The position numbers and the translations under genes were made by a program. DNA of 64,000 nt from Lama guanicoe (taxonomy: Eukaryota), in contig MU053652.1 in the NCBI GenBank assembly GCA_013239625.1, positions 8,878,077 through 8,942,076 on the forward strand, given 5' to 3'. Positions 26,006-39,424 of the stretch are shown here, in pieces (position 1 is the first letter of the stretch; every line of letters starts with the position of its first letter). The notes below the pieces were generated by a model, which saw only the letters and a list, made by a program, of their open reading frames with translations, did not search any database and was not told where the DNA came from.

Positions 26006-26792
26006 TTATTTTTGAGAACTTCCTAAAAAATAAATATTCTTTTTAGCCATCTAAACAGCAGAGATTTTTAAGTGATTATTGTCATTACCTAAAGGGCATT
26101 AAAAAATGCTTAGTTGAGTATAAAGTAATAAACAGAATATACATAGACTTACCCTTATAGGGTTTACAGTCTAATTTAAGAGGCAGACATTAAAATAATC
26201 ATATGTGTAGTCATATATGCAATGCTAGGTCCTGTAAAATAAAAATACTGGGTACGAGAGAGACTGTCTAGGAGGACCTAATTGACTTTGGAAGATCAGG
26301 AAATCTCTCCATATGAAAGTGTGTTTTAGCTTTAAATCTTAGAATTATAAAAAAAAAAAGTACTACAAGTAAAATGTAATATTTTTTAAATGAGAAGAAA
26401 TGTTATAGATACACTTATTTAAAGAGTAAACACATTTGGCATTGATAAATAAAATATGAACTTGAAAGAAGAATGAAAATGTGAAATGACATGTATTGCT
26501 GTATTTTAAAAATACATTTTTTAATTTAGAACTTTTGAAAAATATATAAAATAAAACAAAAAGAAAAATTCCTCGTATCTCATAATTTAAATGTAAGTAA
26601 TGTATATGTTTGGGATATTTATTTCCAATATTTCTTTTTCCTGTGACTAGAGATAATGAAACATTTAATATCATACTCTACAATATTGTCCTATAACTTC
26701 ACGTCTAATGACATATTTTCAAGCAGTACAGTATTTGTGCATGTTTCTAATGCATAATCTGTGTTCATGTTAATTTTTTTCTTTATTTACAG

Positions 26793-26949
26793 GCATTTGC
26801 CTGGTGGCCGGATTTATTGGCAGAGCATGCAGAGAAATTTTGGGCTTTATTCACAGTGGATATGGATACTGCACTGGAAGCTCAACCACAAGACTCCTGG
26901 GACAGTTTTCCTCTTTTCCAACTGCTTAACAATTTCCTCAGAAATGATG
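26793..26949 (+). CDS. CADPS2: CADPS2 coding exon, 157 nt, phase 0 to 1: [52 protein letters not shown]
   Basis: Acceptor tttttctttatttacag; donor ATG|gtaagc at 26950; translated by hand, frame not in the ORF track. Confidence 0.96.
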
Positions 26950-28424
26950 GTAAGCCTTGCGTTCCCTTTAGTATATGAAATGGGGAGGTGGGAAGAACGT
27001 TGTGTTGTGAGTGTGTATTTCCGGAGCTCTGGCGCCTGCCTAACGAGGGTCGACATGAATAACGTTTGCTCAGTCTCCCCGAGTATATCCAGCCAGGGTC
27101 TGCGGGACACTCCCACACTGCTCCCCGGCCTCTGAACTTGCTCTTATCCCTAACCCCCTGCCTTTATCGAGCACTGATAATATAGGCACCTTCTCGTGGT
27201 ACCTTGTGAACGAGAAAATCTTCGAAGGTGAACATTTCCAAAGTGCTTGAGAAGACTAGCATCTCTGAAAGACACCTTAGAAATGTATTATTCTAGACAT
27301 CATGCTATGTTAAGGCTTCTGCTAATATGCATTGTGCTAATATCATTTGCCTGAAGAGATTCAGTTCTACCGGTATAATATTGCCCTGTTGGTGTGGCTG
27401 ACTCTCTCGTATTTGAAATTGAAGAGAATATGAAGATTCTCCACTGAGACCTTTTTTCCAGTGCAGTAGTAACTTTTATCATTATTCTGGTACATGGCAT
27501 CGTGTTCTAGCAGCCAGTATAAACCTAGTTTTCCCCCAGGGCTTTATGGGGGCATTTCTTAGCATACAGATACCTGTGGGCCTTTCCTGTGATGATTCTT
27601 TGTAAAGTTCCCTTCAACCCAAGTCTGGTTTCTACTGACAGCCTTTGCTTCAACACTTGCAGTGAGCATGGGGTCACTAGTTCCCTATTCTGTAACATTC
27701 TTGTCGTTGTAAGCCAGGCTGAGCTCAGCCTCCTCCTAAGCTCTGGTTCTGACTTGCTCTACTCGATCAGCGGAATGGACGTCTTCTGTGGCATGTGTTC
27801 TTCCCCCCGCCAGAATTCCCAGTCAGCTAACTCTTCCTCACATGATAGAGTCTTCGTGCCCATTACCATTCTCTTCACCTGCCTCTGAGAAGATGTCACT
27901 CCATTTTTCAGTATTGCTTTGGACTGTGGTGCTGAGAAGAACCCAGGGCTCACAATGGGATCTGAGGCACCCAGAGCCCAGGAGAGCTGCCTGCCTCCTG
28001 CCCTGTCTTCCCGCTGTCCGGGGCTCCTCTCTCCACCCCCAGGAGTGTGGTCATACTGTTGAGACAGTTCCCCCTCGCTGTATTTTAAAACTCCTGTTCT
28101 TTCTGCTTCTCCCTTTCCAGGACGTCACTACTATATAGTTCCAGGTTTAAACTTAAATCTATGTTTTTACATTTACCTTTGTTTTTATTAAAATTGCTCT
28201 GTCAATTTTGTCCATTACTCTAGTCTGTCACTTCTTAACCATTCTTTGGTTATTATTCCTTTGAGTGTATGATAAAACTACAACTGTTTTACTGGGGAAA
28301 AAAACATCCACATAGGCATGAAGCTGTATGTGAAATTGTCTAACTCCCCATGGACATCTGGATTTTGGACACCAGATTAAGAACCTCTGTTATAGGAAGA
28401 GAGGCATCATGTTATATTAATTAA

Positions 28425-28615
28425 TAACATAGGCTTTGGTGCCAGACAGATTCACATCTGCCTCTGCCACTTGCTGCTTGACATCTGACAATAGCTTAAC
28501 CTCAGCAAACTTCAGGTTCTTCATCTATAAAAGAAAGATATAACAGTACCTACAGTGTCATTGGTGGTAAAGATTAAAGAGAATCACTCATGCATAATGG
28601 ATGCTAAATAAGTAT
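28425..28615 (+). mobile_element. MIR SINE
   Basis: aggctttggtgccagacaga...ctctgccacttgc...cttcatctataaaag...acagtacctac. Confidence 0.65.
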
Positions 28616-31600
28616 TATAGATATTAATCTGTTCGAATTTCTGTCTTGATTCTTTCAGTCTTCTTTTTCACCCTCTTATCTAATTTCATTTCCAAAAGAT
28701 CTTATTAGAAAGACAGAAAACTAAACAGTTCCTACTTCAGATTCAACGACAGTGTCGGCTCTCAGGAGTTGCTAAGCCCACAGTTATCCATATATGAACC
28801 ATTTATCCTGCAGATTATGCTCGGCCAGTTTTTAAGTTGCGGTTCAGTTCTCTTTGTCAGCAAGCACACTTCAAACGACCTCCTTCCTTTCCCAGTCTCT
28901 TACCATCATTACTTTTTCTGCTAAGAAATTACAAGTCAGGTTTAATACTGTCTTAAGACAAATGTGTAACAATAAACTTGCTGCCAAAAGTAAATACATG
29001 TATTATACATTAAGTCCCCAAGTGAGAATAAATAAGTATAGAATTATTTCTAACAATGCTTTTTCCTACTTGCATGAAAACTCAGGAATTGGCCATATTT
29101 AGATTTATTTGGGGGTTGATTCAAAGATGAGAGTACTTATTCATGTCCACCATCAAACAGTAAAGATGATGAATCATTTTACGTATTTAACGTATTGGAA
29201 TTTATTTACAGAGGAAACAAAATATGTTGTAGATTTCTTAGAAATTCTCATGGGGAACATCTCCTGCAACTCCAATGAATCAACATCTTTTAAAATTTAT
29301 TTTTAAGAAGAGCTCTTACTTGACAAGTGTAATTTTATGAGAGTTATATCAAGAAGAACACTAAAAGGAGAGTAACAGGAAAGCGATTTTTAGCCAAATA
29401 TGTAATTCAAAAGAATGTCATAGTCTTCTCTGTTCTAAACCATTTCTATAACATTGGCTACTATTAGAGGCATAGAATATTGTGTCATTTTAGTATTCAT
29501 TACACCATTGCACAGGATGTTTATATAATGACCTCTTTTGAGTGCTGTCAGTTTGGGGGGTAAGTCTGGATCTAGGCTTTGGTTTTGCAGTGATTAACAT
29601 ATTTTAGAAAACATCAATTATTTCAGAGAAAAACAGCTCCTCTAGGTAGTGAGGTAAATAGAAAAGTTCCCCAGTGCCATAATACCCTCCTCGTATTGGG
29701 AGTACCGTCTGATCTGGGGAATTGAAACAGATGCAGTGACTTTTATCTCAAACTCACAAGTTACTACCCAAAGCCAAGACCACTTAGTAATATCTCAGTA
29801 GCTGGTAAGACATATTCTTTTGCTATTAGTATCACCCTTGATAATAATGAAGAATATAGCTAATAATTATGTGTTTCTTTTATTAAATTCCTGAAATATT
29901 CAAATGATGATTTAGTGGATCTAATTCAAATGCTTCGTATCAACCTCTAGCTGCCCCCAAATTGTCTTTTTGGAAAGCTTATGGGAAAACATAAAGCTTC
30001 TATCGTTCTGCCACCATCCCCCAAAGAAAGAGTCTTACATCCCTGCCATGGCATGACAGTTTTTACCATATTGACCCAATTAGAGTTATAGTCCAAATTC
30101 TAATTAATTTCCATTTTAACTAGCCAGGGGTAAACTGGGAACAGATTGCTCTGAAATGTCCAGTCTTGTTAAGGGAGATAATTTGCTGAATAACAGTGCT
30201 TACTGCTACCCTACACGTGGTATATACCACTAATTACACAGAGATTTTAAATGGTTGTGATTTTATTACTAACAATGTCACACACTCATGTCTGCTTTTC
30301 CAAAATAAAAGCTACAAACGTGTCTCTAAAGAGATATTAGAATTTGTACTTCATTTGTGCTTTGAAAGCTTTATCGCTGAGTTGTTTTTGTTCTTAATGA
30401 ATAGTTTAGATGTTGCCACTCGTTGTTTACCATCTTTCTTTTGTTAAAATCTTTATGCTTTGATATTTAAAAATAGGTGTTTATCTTTGAAGAGTGGAAA
30501 GGATCATTTTCCAGCTGAGGACACTAAAGCCGTAGGAGGCAAGAAACCAGGGCAGAGGCAAGGTGGAGCCTGGTCACTTGGTCTCCAGTCTACCTCAATC
30601 TACAGTAACAAAAGCAGATTCTGGAGGCATTTATAAAATAAAGTAATATTTTTTAAAAAGATAGGAGATTCCTTGAACTCTAATTTTTATCCCACAAAAT
30701 GTTTAAAAGGGTGAGGGTAAAGGAAGAAGGTTGGTTAAAGGGTACAGAAAGGACCAGATAAAGGTGTATAGTGTGTACATTGTAAGACATCTGACAAGAA
30801 TTCCAGGGACTGAACTAATTAGTGGGAAAAGAGATTCAAGAGAGCGAATTTGGTTGCTATTTTAAGGAGGGAAAAAAAGAATTCTGTCTAGGGGTGTGGA
30901 GGGGAGGGAGTGTTTCCTGACAGTTGGGCATGATTAGAGAAAGTCTTAGCCTTAAGGACCCTTGGAGATGAAATGTGGTTTTCCTCAAGGGAACAGTTCC
31001 AGCTGCACCACAATTCTAGCAACTGTCCCCAGTCTCCCACCCCTCGCAGACTCACCCGCTGATTCCCAGAGCAGGACTGACGAAGAAAACAAACTCTGAC
31101 TCCTTCATTTCTATCCAGAAAAGACAACTCCCGCATGCCTGTCCGTCCACCCTGCCTCCATCCACCCCGATCCGCTCCACCCAAATAAAGACTTAATTAG
31201 ATGGGTCATCACTTCACATGGTATCTAAGGAAACAACTTTGAAAAGGAGATGTATTAAAATTGAGGGAAAATAACTGTTTTCATAATGAAGCAATTAGCA
31301 TGATAGTTGAATGATCCTGAACAGCGGCTGCGAAGCTGGTACAAATAGGTTCTACCCTTGTGCGCTGTTTTCCACAATTGTCCTGTCGGTAATAAGGACG
31401 GCAAGTGACTGCTCCTGACAAATGAAAGCCATCTGCAAATGGCGCAAATCACTCCTTTCAGTACTACCGAAAGGCAAAAAACCCTTGGAGCTAGTCACCT
31501 TTTAATCTGTGGATATGCTAGCAAGTGGCAAATGACCATTCTATGGGGAACCGATTCCCAAGTGAAAAATACCACGGTGCTTCTTCTTTAATTAACAGCC

Positions 31601-33254
31601 TTTTCACATTGCTGGCACATTAAAGCCATCCCGAAGAACACCCGCGCTCGTGTAATCAATGTCACGACGTCTCTGCCTAAACGAATAATAAATGTCCGGG
31701 CTCTACACTAAGTGAAAACCTATTCTCCAAGACTTTCACCTTCATAAAGATGGGCTCATAAAAATCGAAAAAAGAAAAATTGGAATGTGGTCTCAGGAGG
31801 ATAAAAAGGCTAGTGTTAATAATTAACAGGGAGAGTGAAGTGGAGTCAAATTAGCCATAATAGAGCCCAGAGTGACTGGCAAAGTCACCTCTCATTATCA
31901 AAAAACTCATTAAGAAATGAAGAGGTGGAAATCCCGCTGGGTTATTCTCACACTTCGGCTGTATCAGAGATTATTTTTCAGATTTCTTTCAAATGAAGAA
32001 CTGTTAGGTCACCATATTGTATATTAGGTTAATCTTCAAGCTTTGAAATACGGAGAGCTGACACCTGCGTGTCACTCTACCTCAAGCGCTTAAATGAGCC
32101 GTACGTCTGAAATCCACAAATTGGTGTTTATAGATGTATCTGTACGTACATACACTAGGAACAATGCAGAAAGGGTATGCCTTCTAGATTATCACAGGGC
32201 AGTGTGCTGGCTTCGTTTTATACCATTTTTACAAATGGCAAAATGACCACTAAAATGCAGAGGTGTATTTAACTCCAATCCCCAGAGTTGATTGAATTCA
32301 AAATTGTACATCAGAACTTGTTTTACCGACCAATATAGTACAAGGAATACAAAAGCAAGGAGTCACTAGCCTTTTTTTTTTTAATTGAATTCCACAGTCC
32401 TGCTCTAGTAACTTTCCTATGTGTAGACAATGTTAAATTTTAATCTGGTTGTGTGTTGTTTTTAGAAGTTAGTGCTTTAAAGAACATAATCTGCTCTAAA
32501 ATGCTCTAAGAGCGTCCTTCACTGTAGACTTGCAGAAGCATCTGTAACTCCTGAAGGTCACGAGCATCAGGAACCCCACCCTTGACGGTTACTGATGCTG
32601 TTACAGCCATACTCAGTCGTTTCCTTTACCAAGATGGTTTTGTGGGACATAACCCGAACGATCAGAAGGTTGTGTGTAGCTGAAGTGAAATCACAGACTT
32701 TTCCACTTGGCTTTAATATTAATTTCATAAAAGACAGCATGAGAATCCCTAGACCGCGAGACTTCTTTATCTTTGTCCTAAGCCTTGGTTAATGTTTATA
32801 CTGATTTTTTTCCTGAATTGATGCTACAAGAAACAGGGGGTGATGCCTCCAATCTACCAATCCAGTCACCTTACAGATACGTGGAAAAATAATTCCTGTC
32901 CTTGAAAAGCATATAGTCTAGTGGAGGATATGCACAGATATGCCCTAGTAACTATAATGCGACAGATTGTAGAAATGTAACTCCATTATGTGCACTGTGT
33001 GCTGTGACATTTTTAACTATAGTTTTGAACTTGGATTTCTTAGATTTGGATTTGTTGCCCAAAAAGTAAGAAACATTACAACATCAGTGCTCTCACACCT
33101 TGTTATCTTTGATAGATAGATAGACAGACAGACAGGCATTTTAACAAGTGCCCTGAGGGGAAAGGAAGAGTTGGGTGTGGTTTTAGGAGGTTATCACATC
33201 AGTGGATTATAAATTAAATACTACCAAACTATATAAAATTCCTTACCAAATATT

Positions 33255-33389
33255 TGTGTGTGCGTGTGTCGGGGGAGGAGGTAGTTAGATTTATTCATTT
33301 ATTTTTAGAGGAGGTGCTGGGGATTGAACCCAGGACCCTGTGCATGATAGGCATGTGCTCCATCACTTGAGCTATACCCTCCCCCCCCA
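33255..33389 (-). mobile_element. tRNA-derived SINE, Vic-1-like, antisense
   Basis: ggaggtgctggggattgaacccaggacc...cacttgagctataccctccccc is the reverse complement of the same family. Confidence 0.85.
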
Positions 33390-35394
33390 AAATTTTTAAT
33401 TAAAAGGAAAACAAAACCTAATGAGATTTCTATTTTACTTAAACTTCAATGAGGTGCTCTCAGAGTTTCCTTTAGGAGGTGGATTTTTATTGATGTTTAT
33501 TCAATAAACAGACATTTATTGAGTGCCTACTTAATGTGCCAGATTCCTGGCTGAGTGCTTTTCCTAGATCTGAGGGAGGAGGGGGGTTTTGTTTGGGGGT
33601 GTGTGTGTGTGTGTGTGTTCTTTTTACATAATGCTATTCTAGGCTGCAGTCCTGACTTTTCTCCTGAAGCCCATATTCATGTTTCCTGGGATGGGGATCC
33701 TCATTATACGTATTTATCAACATGGAGAGCGACCTATTAATTTTATATCTTAGTCCATGGCGCTTGGACTGTTGAAGACAAATACAGTTTGTAGTCCCTT
33801 GAATAATTGTGGTTTTATGTGAGAGCCTTTCATTTTTATTGTGGTTTGTGTTGGTTGGTTCATGGGCTGGTCATAAATGACTCATTCCCTTCTGAAATGC
33901 CTAATTAGAATTTTAGGGGGAAAAAATCATTCTTCCTGGTAATCTGCTAATGCGGACTAATTGGAAGGGGGCGGCACAATGTAAAATCGGATTATGTGAA
34001 CTCAGGAGTCAACAGCATATCTTTACCCTCAACACAATACGTGAACTCTTTTATCTGCTTATCCTTAATTTATCCAATGATTATTGTCTCAGTAATTGTC
34101 ATTAATTGGGTTGTAGTTTAAATTCTCTGTTGAAATCTTACTATTAAGAGCCTATGACAAGTACTTTTGTAAATGCACGACTCTTTTCAGTATGTAAATA
34201 ATCAACACTAATGTATTAATTATTGGGATGCTCAAAATAATTGGGCACATCTGCACCCCTAGTTTAGCTTTTATTTAAGCCTTTTTGCTTTCTTTTTGCC
34301 ATTTCTAATTTAGTGTTGGGCTTGATGTCATTGGTGCTTCATTATCTTCTGATAAGGTGCTATTTGGAAACATGAAATCTTTTGGAAATAAAAAGATTAT
34401 TTTTATCAACAAAGTAGACGTGGTTCCCCCAGCTGTGTTCTCATAACCACTATCTGAGGCTCCTGAGCAGTTCTTTATCCCTCCACACCTCAGGTACAAT
34501 GTCAGATGCGTTCTTGGATGAGGCCACGCTGAGAATTTGCCTCTTCCAAGGAGCTGTTGTAGTGGGTGTCTTGTAAAGGGTTGATTTGGACAGGTGGCAG
34601 CCCCGAATCCTAACCTTTCCTTGTTAAACCACATGGAGAAGATGGAAGCACTCCTTCTGGTGCCTGGGGCTACATATTAAGAGGGCTTTTGACAGTGTCT
34701 GTGCAAGTGGAATGCAAACTGGCATATGGGCAACTGAGAAGAGGGGCATACATTTACATACGCAAGCTCAGGGCAGTCCATATTCCTGCGGTCTTGCCTT
34801 GGGAAGCCGAATATTCTCTTTTCTTCCTTTCCCTTACTATGTGTATCTTCTCTCCATTTCTTCTCATTTGTCCTCTGCCTCTTTCTCCTCCCCAATCCCA
34901 TGTCTCCTTCCATCCTTCCTCACCTGTCCTGAATCTAATTACCAAAGAAACAGAATAACCAGTTGCCAGTTTTCTGAAAGTTTGGAACTTAGGTTTCTAA
35001 TTTGATTTTTTTTAAAAAAGGAACACTGCTGAAACATGAGCAGATTTTTGGCCAAAATCCAACATTTGTGACAGTTCTTAGGAAATATAGGAAATCACCA
35101 TTTTCTCCTCATTCTGCAGGATGTGATCATTTACTATCATGTCATGACTGAACAGAGAAAGTCTTCCCTTTGCTACATTCATTAAAATGAGAGACATAAA
35201 ACGGTCAACATTCATAGCCAGTAAAATTTTTAGCAGTCTGATCTTGGACATATGGGTCTAAAAGGAGGATTTCTCAGAAAAATATTGAATACTATGTATT
35301 TTAAATAAAATATAAAGAGATACACAGACCTCAATAGGTTCTTGTACAGAATAATAATGTAGTAACTATGTAGTAATGTTCATGTTGTGTCTGA

Positions 35395-36185
35395 GTAGTC
35401 ATTCATGCAACGGATATTTGAACAAGTGCTGTGAGCCAGGATACTAAGAATACAGATGTGGCCCCATCCTAAGGGATGTTGCACCCTCATAGGAAGAAAG
35501 AGATACGTCAACAAATGCAGAAATAAAACAGGGACCACAGTGGAGGATGCAGAGTGGAGAGTAAACAGGAGAAACCGGTAACTAGGCAAAGGGACAGCAG
35601 AATGAAGCATTTCAAGAAAGGTTTGGAGGAGAAAGTGTATACTTGCACTGAACCATGAAAATCATTATGGCCGGACCACAGCAAATAGAGGGGTCAGGCA
35701 ACAGAAAAGAGCCAAAGAAGTTCTGTTAAGACAGCTCATAGATGACGTTCTTACCATGCAAAAGCTTTTGGAGTTTGTCTGGAGGATCCGTTAAAGGATT
35801 ATCATCTTTAGGAGGTACATAATTCGTCTTATATTTTAGCAAGCCCCTCTGCTTCAGATTTTGAGAAGATGAATTGGCGGAGGGAAAATTAGGAGCCTAA
35901 GACCAGTTAGGAGATGATTGCATTAGCCAAAGCAGGAGATGAGAAGGCTGGAACTAGCCCAACCTAGAGGTGATGAAGAGAGGACTGAGATGGGTTAGAA
36001 AGATAATAAAGATATAAAATAGGCAGGTTCTGACTACTAACTGGGCGGAGGAAGCGAAGGAAAGGCCTGTGGTACAACTTCCAGGTTGCTGGTGTGATGA
36101 GGAGATGGGCGATCTATTTTCGCTCCTAGGATGGGAATACAAGAAGAGAAACAGGCTTATTTAACAAGATAATGAATTCAGTCCT
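35395..36185 (-). mobile_element. L2 LINE fragment, antisense
   Basis: tcattcatgcaacggatatttgaac start; agaccagttaggagatgattgc and ccaaagcaggagatgagaaggctggaactag are typical antisense L2. Confidence 0.65.
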
Positions 36186-36202
36186 TATCAAGTGTATCAA
36201 AA

Positions 36203-36652
36203 AAAAGAGGACTCTTGCTAGAAATACCTGGGAGTCAACTGCTACTTAATCTCAGAATCATTATGACATTTAATAAAAACTGAGTGTGATTCTCCTTAGG
36301 GTGCTTCTTCATTTTAGCAAACTAAGTATGACTTAATAGCCAGCATACCTAATCTCCAAATGCACACTGGAGTAGCCTTTGAATGCTGAGATAGAGTGCT
36401 CATTTGTAGATGTAATAATTTCTCATATAAAAGAGAGCTCTTGCTAGAAATACCTGTGAGTCAACTGCTACTTAATCTTAGAATTATTATAACATTTAAT
36501 AATAACATTCAGTGAGATTCTCCTTATATGCTCCTTCATTTTAACAAACTAAGTATGACAACAGCCAACATATTAATCTCTAAGTGTATAATAAAGTAGC
36601 CTTTGAACCAATGAGGTAGAGTGCTCATTCACAGATGTAATGATTTGTTATG
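36203..36652. repeat. Diverged tandem duplication, period about 226 bp
   Basis: ctcttgctagaaatacctg.gagtcaactgctacttaatct at 36212 and 36438; copies colinear through tagagtgctcatt...agatgtaat. Confidence 0.9.
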
Positions 36653-37164
36653 TTAGCCTGTGTTTTGGCTTTGGTGTTGTTGAAGATAATGGCAGTGCAA
36701 AATATTAATAGCACCTATCAAGAGGTAGAGCCTAAGGTTCTTTATATTTTTTTTTAGAAGGCCATATAAATTATAAGGCTTAGGCACACAGTTTAGCTGT
36801 ACAACCATGTAAAGTTGTCCAGCTTTCAGTGTGTATTATAAGCACATTCAGTGTTTTCACAGTGTTAGTTCACTTTTCAATTCTGTAGTCTTGTTCACCA
36901 TTTTTGTTTTTTCATGTCATAACTAAGTTTTTCAAAATTCTAACTCTGAAAACATACGGTTCACCTAAGATGTGGTGTAGAGTGTTTCATTTGCAAGATG
37001 TTTTCAATTTGAAAAAAACTAACTACATTTCTAGGTCTTAAAAGATGCTACTGTGATGATGGTGGGTTGAAGAGATGTATGAATGGATGGGTAGACAGAT
37101 AGTAACTTATGGTCACTAAAACTGAGGGATGATAGTGTTATAAGCTATGGAAGTGAAGAGGGGG

Positions 37165-37350
37165 CTCTGGTATCAAATCCTTGTTCTACTGTCTAACGAC
37201 TAAATGGCTTGGCCGAGTGTCCTGAATTATCTGGGCCTCAATTTCCTTATTAGTAAGATTGGAAAAAAATAGTTTTTCCCTGACAGAGTTTTTGTGATGA
37301 TTAAATGAGAGAATGCGTATCAAGGGCTTAGTACAGTGCTTGACACTCCA
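37165..37350 (+). mobile_element. MIR SINE
   Basis: tctgggcctcaatttccttatt...gatgattaaatgagagaatgcgtatcaagggcttagtacagtgcttgacac. Confidence 0.7.
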
Positions 37351-38114
37351 AAAATGCTACGGATAAGGAGGAGAGGGAGGTGGAGGAGGAAGGTAAGGAG
37401 AGTTCTAAAGTACAGATCCATTAAATTCAGATCTGGGTATGTTTTTAAATTTGCTTACCACAGTGATTTAGATGGCTTGAGTGAGAATACTTCATCCTTA
37501 ATGTTTAGTGCCCTTATTTAGGTGATATTTGGTAAAAAAGAACTGAATTACATGATCTGTAGTACCTTCTAGCTTTATGATTGAATCTCCAGGAATAAAT
37601 AAAGCTCCTTTCAGTGTTCTAATGAAAACATCATTAAGATAACGTTAGTCCCCTAAATAAGACATTTATCGCTAAATATGATTATCATTCTCACTTTAAC
37701 GGGAAAGTCTTGTAACCTATAGATAAGCCAGAAAAATTATTTAACACACAAAAAATGCTGAACTATCAACTAAATGTAGAAAAATGCAGTGTTGTATTTC
37801 TTTCTGTACTTAAAATTATTTCCTACTTCACTTTCATGTGTCTGTAATTTTCCAGCCTCTGAGAAATTTCAGAATCACTTAATCAAAGTAATATATAGCA
37901 AGCATTTTCATATTCATGCTACCATGGTAAGCATCACATACGTTGCCCAAGTTTTAAAACACTATGTAGGTTTTTGAGATATTTTTGCCCTGAAGAAGAT
38001 TATGTGGAAATTAGCATATTTAGCTGAATATTTTATAAGACGGTGCTACTGAAGTGTGCTCATAATTAGACTCAGTTACTATGAGCATATACAGCTATTC
38101 AGATTCATAAGAGT

Positions 38115-38335
38115 GTTGAGATATAATTGACATATAACATTGTGTAAATTTAAGGTGTGCAGTGTGACGATTTGATGTATTTATGTGCTGTGATATGATT
38201 AAGGCAGTAAGGTGTTGACATGTCCTTCACCTCATGTGGTTACAATTTTAATTTTTGCACGTGGTCATTTGAGATCTACTCGCAGCAACTTTCAAGTATA
38301 TAGTACAGTGTTGCTAACCCTGGTTGTCAGGCTGC
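38115..38335 (-). mobile_element. L1MA-type 3' end fragment
   Basis: ttgagatataattgacatataacattgtgtaaatttaaggtgt...gcaactttcaagtatatagtacag. Confidence 0.75.
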
Positions 38336-38547
38336 GGAGAAATAGTGAGTGGGACTCCCGAGAGGCTCTTCCTTGTGCCCCACCCCTGCCGTTCTAATCC
38401 AGGCCACCCCCGTCTTCATCATCTTCCTTTATCTGGTCTGTTGCAGAAAAGAACTAAGTACTGAACTCTTTCCCCACGCCCCCCTCTTTGCCACCTACTC
38501 CATTTCACACAGCAGCCAGAGAGACCATAGCAAGTCACTCCCCTTCT

Positions 38548-38588
38548 ATAGTAATAATAATGATAATAATAGTAATAGTAAAAGTAAT
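38548..38588. repeat. Imperfect (ATA/GTA)n microsatellite
   Basis: atagtaataataatgataataatagtaatagtaaaagtaat. Confidence 0.7.
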
Positions 38589-39061
38589 GCCTCCCATTAT
38601 CCCCAGTAAAATCTATCCTTCTCACAATATCCTACCACCTAGACATCACCTTAGACCACTCTTCCCCAACCCTCATCCCACTTCTGCCACATTGGCTTTC
38701 TCTTCTTTCTAGAAGCATGCCCACTCATGCCTTCCTTAGAATGTTCGTGCTTGCTGTTCCCTGAACCTGGAAACCTTCCCTCCAAATCCTCCTTGGAGGT
38801 CTGCCCTACCATCTAGGCTCAATGAAAATACCACCTCTTCAGACGTATCTTTCCCAGCCACAACGTATATTTTTAAATGAACGTGTTCTCACTTAGTGTT
38901 ATTTAAAAATAAAAATCACAACAGAGTTTAGGATGTGTTTACTTGAGAAATATAAAGCATCATCTGAAAAAATTACAAATTCTTTACTGAAAATTACGTA
39001 GCATTCCTTAGTATTTTCCTCCAGGTTCTCTGTTCTTTCGTGGGGCAACTTAGGCACGTGC

Positions 39062-39424
39062 TGTCTTAGCTCAGGCTAGTACAACAGAATGGCACAGACT
39101 GAATGGTTTATAAACAGCATAAATTTATTTCTCACAGTTCTGGAGCGTGGAAAGTTTAAGAGTAAAGCACCAGCAGTTTGTGTGTCTGGTGAGAGCTTGA
39201 TTTTGTGGCTCACAGACAGCCATCTTCTCCCCGTGTCTTCACCTGGCGAAAGGATCAAGGCAATCTCTGGGGTCTCCTTTGTAAGGGTCCTAATCCTATT
39301 CTTGAGGGCTCCACCCTCATGACCTAATGACCCCCTGAAGGCCCCATCTCCTAATGCTATCATATTGGGAGTTAGGATGTCAATGTATAAATTTGGGAGG
39401 AACGCAAACATTTATTCTACAGCA
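39062..39424 (-). mobile_element. MLT1A-like MaLR solo LTR
   Basis: Starts tgtcttag; atttatttctcacagttctggag and gagggctccaccctcatgacctaat; ends ctacagca. Confidence 0.85.
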
